From Chiloscyllium plagiosum (taxonomy: Eukaryota): DNA of 64,000 nt. Of this stretch, positions 62,701 through 64,000 are shown in pieces; positions within the stretch are counted from its first letter, which is position 1, and the number at the start of each line of letters is the position of its first letter. The DNA is taken from positions 102,731,676-102,795,675 of the forward strand of contig NC_057717.1 of assembly GCF_004010195.1 (NCBI RefSeq), given 5' to 3'. The translations under genes were made by a program, and so were the position numbers. The notes under the pieces are model-generated. The model was not told the origin of the DNA. It was given only the letters and a program-made list of their open reading frames with translations, and made no database searches.

Positions 62701-63209
62701 AACATAACTTTGAATTTAACGTAGAAAACCTCAGCGAGTGTGGAGAGAAACCGAGTTGGTATTTCAATCGACAGCCCATTGTCTGAATTGGTCACCCCTA
62801 TGGTGCTGTGTGTGGGAGCTTGCTGTGCAGAAATTGGCTGCTTTTGTTTCTTACGTTGCAGCAGTGACTACTCTTTGAAGATGCTTCTTTGGCTGTGAAG
62901 GGATTATGGGGGTGTCCTGTGGCGCTACAGAAGTGCAAACCTGGTTTTCTGTTAACCAACAGGTGTGCAGCTGTATGGGTCCAGCAGGGATATGCTGCCC
63001 CCTTGTGGAGAGTGCTCTGCTCAGCAGCAGGTATCAGGTCCTGGTGATCGATCCTAATGTGATAATGTGAACTAATTTGCTGTTTTTCTTCTTGGCCGCA
63101 GGGTGAAGTTGGTTTATTGGGCCATCGGGGTGAAGATGGTCTAGAAGGAATCAAGGGTCAGATGGGTCCGATTGGCGAGGCCGGTCCCAATGGGCCATCT
63201 GGTGAAAAG
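2803..63209 (+). CDS. Clade-B fibrillar collagen (type V/XI alpha chain; alpha1(XI)/alpha1(V)/alpha3(V)-like), partial gene, 19 exons joined
   Basis: Spliced translation [64 protein letters not shown]...[22 protein letters not shown]...GPSGEK follows COL5A1/COL11A1/COL5A3 as I recall them. Exon sizes 75/84/57/54/45/108, all phase-0 GT-AG. Paralog not resolved. Confidence 0.96.
3560..3895 (-). mobile_element. Rex1/Babar-type LINE 3' fragment
   Basis: Minus strand reads [25 protein letters not shown], the typical Rex/Babar C-terminus. Confidence 0.75.
4913..5010 (-). mobile_element. Penelope-derived short element, family C (other copies 20644-20726, 25142-25277, 34730-34864, 39552-39685, 44631-44732, 47625-47817, 56219-56373)
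   Basis: Shared CTCAGCAGGTCTGGCAGCATC block; several copies palindromic; decayed hammerhead core. Confidence 0.7.
5022..7545. repeat. Minisatellite, 31-bp unit (GTTACACAGGGTAACAGGTACTGGGGAGAGA), ~80 copies
   Basis: Period 31 (e.g. TACTGGGGAG at 5461 and 5492). Confidence 0.97.
7896..7979 (+). CDS. Collagen V/XI exon (84 bp): [30 protein letters not shown]2/N-telopeptide
   Basis: tgcAG / GTAAGC; matches the F..GG..KGP..S.QE.QAQAILQQAR motif. Confidence 0.95.
8373..9707 (+). mobile_element. CR1-clade LINE (shark HER1-like), 5'-truncated decayed RT plus 3' UTR
   Basis: [75 protein letters not shown]; frameshifts. Confidence 0.95.
10139..10195 (+). CDS. Collagen V/XI exon (57 bp): [19 protein letters not shown], start of major helix
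   Basis: cctAG / GTGAGT; expected 57-bp junction exon. Confidence 0.95.
10715..11053 (-). mobile_element. tRNA-derived SINE, second family (copies 13040-13372 -, 24215-24512 +, 32690-32895 +, 49945-50290 -, 56866-57185 +)
   Basis: Head GATGGCCTAGTGGTATT...GGGTTCGAATCCC; body CCATCTGGTTCACTAA...CCTTACCTGGTCTGGCCTACATGTGACTCCAGAC. Confidence 0.82.
11410..11625 (+). mobile_element. Unclassified tRNA-like SINE (second copy 58985-59175)
   Basis: GGTTCAAATCCC B-box-like; shared CCAGCTGAGGTTACCATGAA...TCTCCTTCTCA block. Confidence 0.55.
11737..12233 (+). mobile_element. CR1-clade LINE 3' fragment
   Basis: Homologous to the 3' end of the other CR1 copies. Confidence 0.88.
12421..12474 (+). CDS. 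Collagen exon (54 bp): [18 protein letters not shown]
   Basis: aacAG / GTAAAT; Gly-X-Y. Confidence 0.95.
13746..13799 (+). CDS. Collagen exon (54 bp): [18 protein letters not shown]
   Basis: cctAG / GTAGGG; Gly-X-Y. Confidence 0.95.
14324..15357. mobile_element. Possible old non-autonomous DNA transposon hosting the Penelope insertion (related ends at ~51743 and ~56417)
   Basis: GGTTGCCAAC ... GTTGGCAACC inverted termini. Confidence 0.35.
14625..15294. mobile_element. Penelope-like element relic with inverted arms, GIY-YIG endonuclease fragments and 9-bp TSD (TTGAGATTA)
   Basis: Minus: [12 protein letters not shown] and [11 protein letters not shown]...[10 protein letters not shown]; plus: CNKHYIGQ. 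14625-14684 is the reverse complement of 15198-15257. TSD at 14616-14624 and 15295-15303. Confidence 0.88.
16372..16708 (-). mobile_element. HE1-like V-SINE (tRNA head, CR1-like tail)
   Basis: A/B box head; V-domain TGTGTGGAGTTTGCACATT...GGTTTCCTCCCACAG. Confidence 0.88.
17720..18142. other. Assembly gap (423 N) flanked by CT-rich polypyrimidine tracts
   Basis: N run. Confidence 1.
19700..20465. mobile_element. Two adjacent CR1-like 3' fragments (19700-19921 +, 19922-20465 -)
   Basis: Similarity to copies at 38090-38522 and 36617-37200. Confidence 0.8.
20780..21058 (+). mobile_element. CR1-like 3' fragment with ATGTTCT-type tail
   Basis: 3' end similar to 9600-9707. Confidence 0.75.
21534..21587 (+). 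CDS. Collagen exon (54 bp): [18 protein letters not shown]
   Basis: aacAG / GTTAGT; Gly-X-Y. Confidence 0.95.
22650..23045 (-). mobile_element. Rex1/Babar-type LINE 3' fragment with (TTCAA)n tail; related UTR piece at 18680-18880
   Basis: [25 protein letters not shown] terminus and microsatellite tail. Confidence 0.75.
23323..23376 (+). CDS. Collagen exon (54 bp): [18 protein letters not shown]
   Basis: aacAG / [17 protein letters not shown] motif. Confidence 0.96.
24666..24853. mobile_element. Palindromic Penelope-derived short element, family A (other copies 2310-2409, 26676-26854, 35712-35800, 40293-40423, 53628-53735)
   Basis: Long inverted arms; 13-bp TSD CTCCCATTCTAGA; hammerhead-like core on the minus strand. 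Confidence 0.8.
24761..24795 (-). ncRNA. Minimal type I hammerhead ribozyme motif (Penelope type)
   Basis: ATTC-CTGATGA-A-GGGC-TTTT-GCCC-GAAAC-GTC-GAT: intact core, stem II and GUC cleavage triplet. Confidence 0.7.
25745..26089 (-). mobile_element. HE1-like V-SINE
   Basis: Same family. Confidence 0.88.
26218..26271 (+). CDS. Collagen exon (54 bp): [18 protein letters not shown]
   Basis: ttcAG / GTAGGT; Gly-X-Y. Confidence 0.95.
26919..26963 (+). CDS. Collagen exon (45 bp): [15 protein letters not shown]
   Basis: tccAG / GTCAGT; Gly-X-Y. Confidence 0.95.
27048..27101 (+). CDS. Collagen exon (54 bp): [18 protein letters not shown]
   Basis: ctcAG / GTAGAC; follows an 84-bp intron. Confidence 0.94.
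27714..28040 (+). mobile_element. HE1-like V-SINE
   Basis: Same family. Confidence 0.88.
28740..28992 (-). mobile_element. HE1-like V-SINE
   Basis: Same family. Confidence 0.82.
30570..30860 (-). mobile_element. CR1 3' fragment
   Basis: [20 protein letters not shown]. Confidence 0.85.
31700..32163 (-). mobile_element. HE1-like V-SINE (31848-32163) abutting an older HE1 3' fragment (31700-31846)
   Basis: (AATCT)n tail; two successive 3' ends. Confidence 0.85.
33980..34460 (-). mobile_element. CR1 3' fragment
   Basis: [32 protein letters not shown]. Confidence 0.85.
35228..36372. mobile_element. CR1 fragments (35228-35996 minus, interrupted by a Penelope-derived insert; 36015-36372 plus)
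   Basis: [22 protein letters not shown]1 3' UTRs at both outer ends. Confidence 0.82.
36617..37550 (-). mobile_element. CR1-clade LINE 3' fragment
   Basis: [41 protein letters not shown]; 3' tail. Confidence 0.93.
37961..38005 (+). CDS. Collagen exon (45 bp): [15 protein letters not shown]
   Basis: ttcAG / GTAAGG. Confidence 0.95.
38090..38522 (-). mobile_element. CR1/L2-like LINE 3' fragment of a second family (related pieces at 3215-3370, 15965-16155, 40420-40805, 60225-60490)
   Basis: Recurrent block GCTGCCTTCTTGAACCGCTGCAG...GACCCAGTGA...ATATTTCCAAGTCAGG. Confidence 0.75.
42411..42963 (+). repeat. Four tandem copies (~140-150 bp) of a short tRNA-like/Pol III SINE
   Basis: Units at ~42411, 42551, 42705, 42840, each with A box, B box and A-rich tail. 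Confidence 0.82.
43328..43381 (+). CDS. Collagen exon (54 bp): [18 protein letters not shown]
   Basis: ctcAG / GTGAGA; highly conserved clade-B segment. Confidence 0.97.
43730..43949. mobile_element. Palindromic Penelope-derived short element, family B (other copies 40459-40692, 44905-45003, 48752-48916)
   Basis: ~55-bp inverted arms; TSD CCACCTAG(T/C)CTA; hammerhead-like core at 43824-43858. Confidence 0.8.
43824..43858 (+). ncRNA. Minimal hammerhead ribozyme-like motif (family B)
   Basis: CAC-CTGATGA-A-GGAGC-AAT-GCTCC-GAAA-ACTA-GTG; stems I and II pair perfectly. Confidence 0.6.
45007..45310 (+). mobile_element. HE1-like V-SINE, full length, (AATCT)n tail
   Basis: GGTGGCTCAGTGGTTAGC A box, GGTTCGATTCC B box. 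Confidence 0.92.
45552..45596 (+). CDS. Collagen exon (45 bp): [15 protein letters not shown]
   Basis: tgcAG / GTAAGT. Confidence 0.96.
45789..46314 (-). mobile_element. CR1 3' fragment (relatively young)
   Basis: [34 protein letters not shown]. Confidence 0.9.
47426..47479 (+). CDS. Collagen exon (54 bp): [18 protein letters not shown]
   Basis: tgcAG / GTGAGA. Confidence 0.96.
48108..49152 (-). mobile_element. Old CR1 3' fragment interrupted by a SINE piece and a Penelope-derived insert
   Basis: Similar to 33980-34460. Confidence 0.7.
49575..49940. repeat. G/A-rich degenerate ~30-bp tandem repeat (GGGAATGAGGGAATTGAGGGAGGGACACCA)
   Basis: Repeated GGGAATGAGGG / GAGGGAGGGACAC blocks. Confidence 0.8.
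50419..50884 (-). mobile_element. CR1 3' fragment
   Basis: [18 protein letters not shown]. Confidence 0.88.
52168..52212 (+). CDS. Collagen exon (45 bp): [15 protein letters not shown]
   Basis: ctcAG / GTATGT. Confidence 0.96.
52317..52936 (+). mobile_element. Solo LTR (620 bp, TG...CA) with 4-bp TSD CTCC
   Basis: ctcc|TGTGACA...ATAACA|ctcc; its 3' end is also present as a fragment at 51375-51420. Confidence 0.75.
52948..53247 (+). mobile_element. HE1-like V-SINE
   Basis: Same family, (AATCT)n tail. Confidence 0.88.
55169..55222 (+). CDS. Collagen exon (54 bp): [18 protein letters not shown]
   Basis: aacAG / GTAAGA; GYPG.RGVK motif. Confidence 0.96.
55280..55470. repeat. Alternating purine-pyrimidine ~34-bp repeat (TGTGTCTGTGTGTGCGCGCGCACACACGTGCGTG) x~5
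   Basis: Directly visible. Confidence 0.9.
56152..56196 (+). CDS. Collagen exon (45 bp): [15 protein letters not shown]
   Basis: ggcAG / GTGAGG. Confidence 0.96.
57571..57624 (+). CDS. Collagen exon (54 bp): [18 protein letters not shown]
   Basis: taaAG / GTGAGT; GEDGFPG.KGDMG.KGDR motif. Confidence 0.96.
57868..58135. repeat. 16-bp tandem repeat (TCTGTCACTCTCTCTC)n
   Basis: Period 16 (57901, 57917, ...). Confidence 0.93.
59333..59770 (+). mobile_element. HE1-like V-SINE with an internal 42-bp tandem amplification
   Basis: Same family; repeated GGCTAGGGTG...CCATGCTAAATT. Confidence 0.88.
60500..60795 (-). mobile_element. HE1-like V-SINE
   Basis: Same family. Confidence 0.88.
60833..61165 (-). 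mobile_element. CR1 3' fragment
   Basis: Same 3' end as 45789-46100. Confidence 0.85.
61403..62683 (-). mobile_element. Probable solo LTR split by a Tx1-like LINE insertion
   Basis: TG...CA ends; AATAAA on minus strand near 61444; CCAAT and TATA-like motifs in 62580-62683; no clean TSD. Confidence 0.5.
61531..62568 (-). mobile_element. Two tandem 5'-truncated Tx1/L1-clade LINE 3' ends with poly(A) tails
   Basis: Minus strand [16 protein letters not shown]...DLLMGLLLG and [28 protein letters not shown] (Tx1-type ORF2 C-terminus); T tracts at 61531 and ~62092-62190. Confidence 0.75.
63102..63209 (+). CDS. Collagen exon (108 bp): [36 protein letters not shown]
   Basis: cgcAG / GTCAGC; 108-bp exon at the position expected for clade B. 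Confidence 0.95.
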
Positions 63210-63348
63210 GTCAGCTCCTGCCTCTTTGGTTCTGAGTATTGGTTTGTGTCCTGGAGACCCTGACATTCAGGAGAAGCAACAGTATCCCTGCCACTCACCC
63301 CATTAGCTCTCTCCAACAAGTGAGCTCCCAGCTGAATCGCTCTCTCGA

Positions 63349-63380
<32 letters not shown>

Positions 63381-63518
63381 TCTTTCTCTGTCTCATTCTC
63401 ACTTTTTATCTCTCTACATCTCTCCCTCTATATCTCTCTATCTCTTTTTCTCTTTCTCTATCTCATTCTCACTTTTTATCTTGCTCTCTCCCCCTCTATG
63501 TCTATCTTTCTTTCTCTC

Positions 63519-63788
63519 NNNNNNNNNNNNNNNNNNNNNNNNNNNNNNNNNNNNNNNNNNNNNNNNNNNNNNNNNNNNNNNNNNNNNNNNNNNNNNNNNN
63601 NNNNNNNNNNNNNNNNNNNNNNNNNNNNNNNNNNNNNNNNNNNNNNNNNNNNNNNNNNNNNNNNNNNNNNNNNNNNNNNNNNNNNNNNNNNNNNNNNNNN
63701 NNNNNNNNNNNNNNNNNNNNNNNNNNNNNNNNNNNNNNNNNNNNNNNNNNNNNNNNNNNNNNNNNNNNNNNNNNNNNNNNNNNNNNNN
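63519..63788. other. Assembly gap (270 N) flanked by CT-rich tracts
   Basis: N run. Confidence 1.
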
Positions 63789-64000
63789 CATCTCTCCCTC
63801 TCTCTCTCCCCCCCCCTCCCTCTCTCAACCTAGTAATATTTTCAGCCATCGAGAATTCAGCAGGCTTCCTTCTGCTGGCCCCCAGTGTCAGGACAGGGCT
63901 GGAGCTCTGGGAGGGAACGGTTGCCAAGGTCCATCTTTTTAATGGAAGCACTGCTAAACTTGTGACACAGACCTTGCCCTGAATCCCACAGTTCAGCTTC

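Larger units (their letters stand above)
61213..62950 (+). mobile_element. Deu-domain SINE (SacSINE1/AmnSINE-like), head 61213-61402 and tail 62775-62950; related pieces at 12935-13015, 13560-13735, 54005-54200
   Basis: tRNA-like head GGTTGTGAGTTCACATCCCACTCCAGAGAC; GTGGGAGCTTGCTGTGCAGAAATTGGCTGC Deu-like block. Confidence 0.55.

Noticed and set aside
2803..63209. Assigning a definite gene symbol (COL5A3, COL11A1, COL5A1 or COL11A2)
   Set aside because: Diagnostic residues are mixed and the N- and C-propeptides are outside the window; phylogeny and synteny are needed

Overview
Vertebrate genomic DNA, most likely from a shark (inferred from HE1/V-SINE, HER1/CR1, Deu-SINE and Penelope repeat content). 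The window lies inside one + strand clade-B fibrillar collagen gene (type V/XI family; several residues suggest an alpha3(V)-like paralog). I read 19 consecutive phase-0 GT-AG exons (75, 84, 57, 5x54, five 45/54 pairs, 108 bp; 1089 bp, 363 aa, no stops) from 2803 to 63209. They encode the end of the minor helix, the NC2/N-telopeptide and the first 306 residues of the major Gly-X-Y helix. Both gene ends lie outside the window. The introns hold minisatellites, CR1/Rex/Tx1 LINE fragments, SINEs, solo LTRs and two assembly gaps. Nearly all of the supplied ORFs are artefacts of these repeats. The most unusual signal is about 20 short, often palindromic Penelope-derived insertions in at least four families. 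Many carry a recognisable minimal hammerhead-ribozyme core (CTGANGA-stem-GAAA) and several have 8-17 bp target-site duplications. There is also an inverted Penelope relic with a split GIY-YIG endonuclease. No prokaryotic-type system (CRISPR, operon) is present. Repeat boundaries were read by eye and are approximate.
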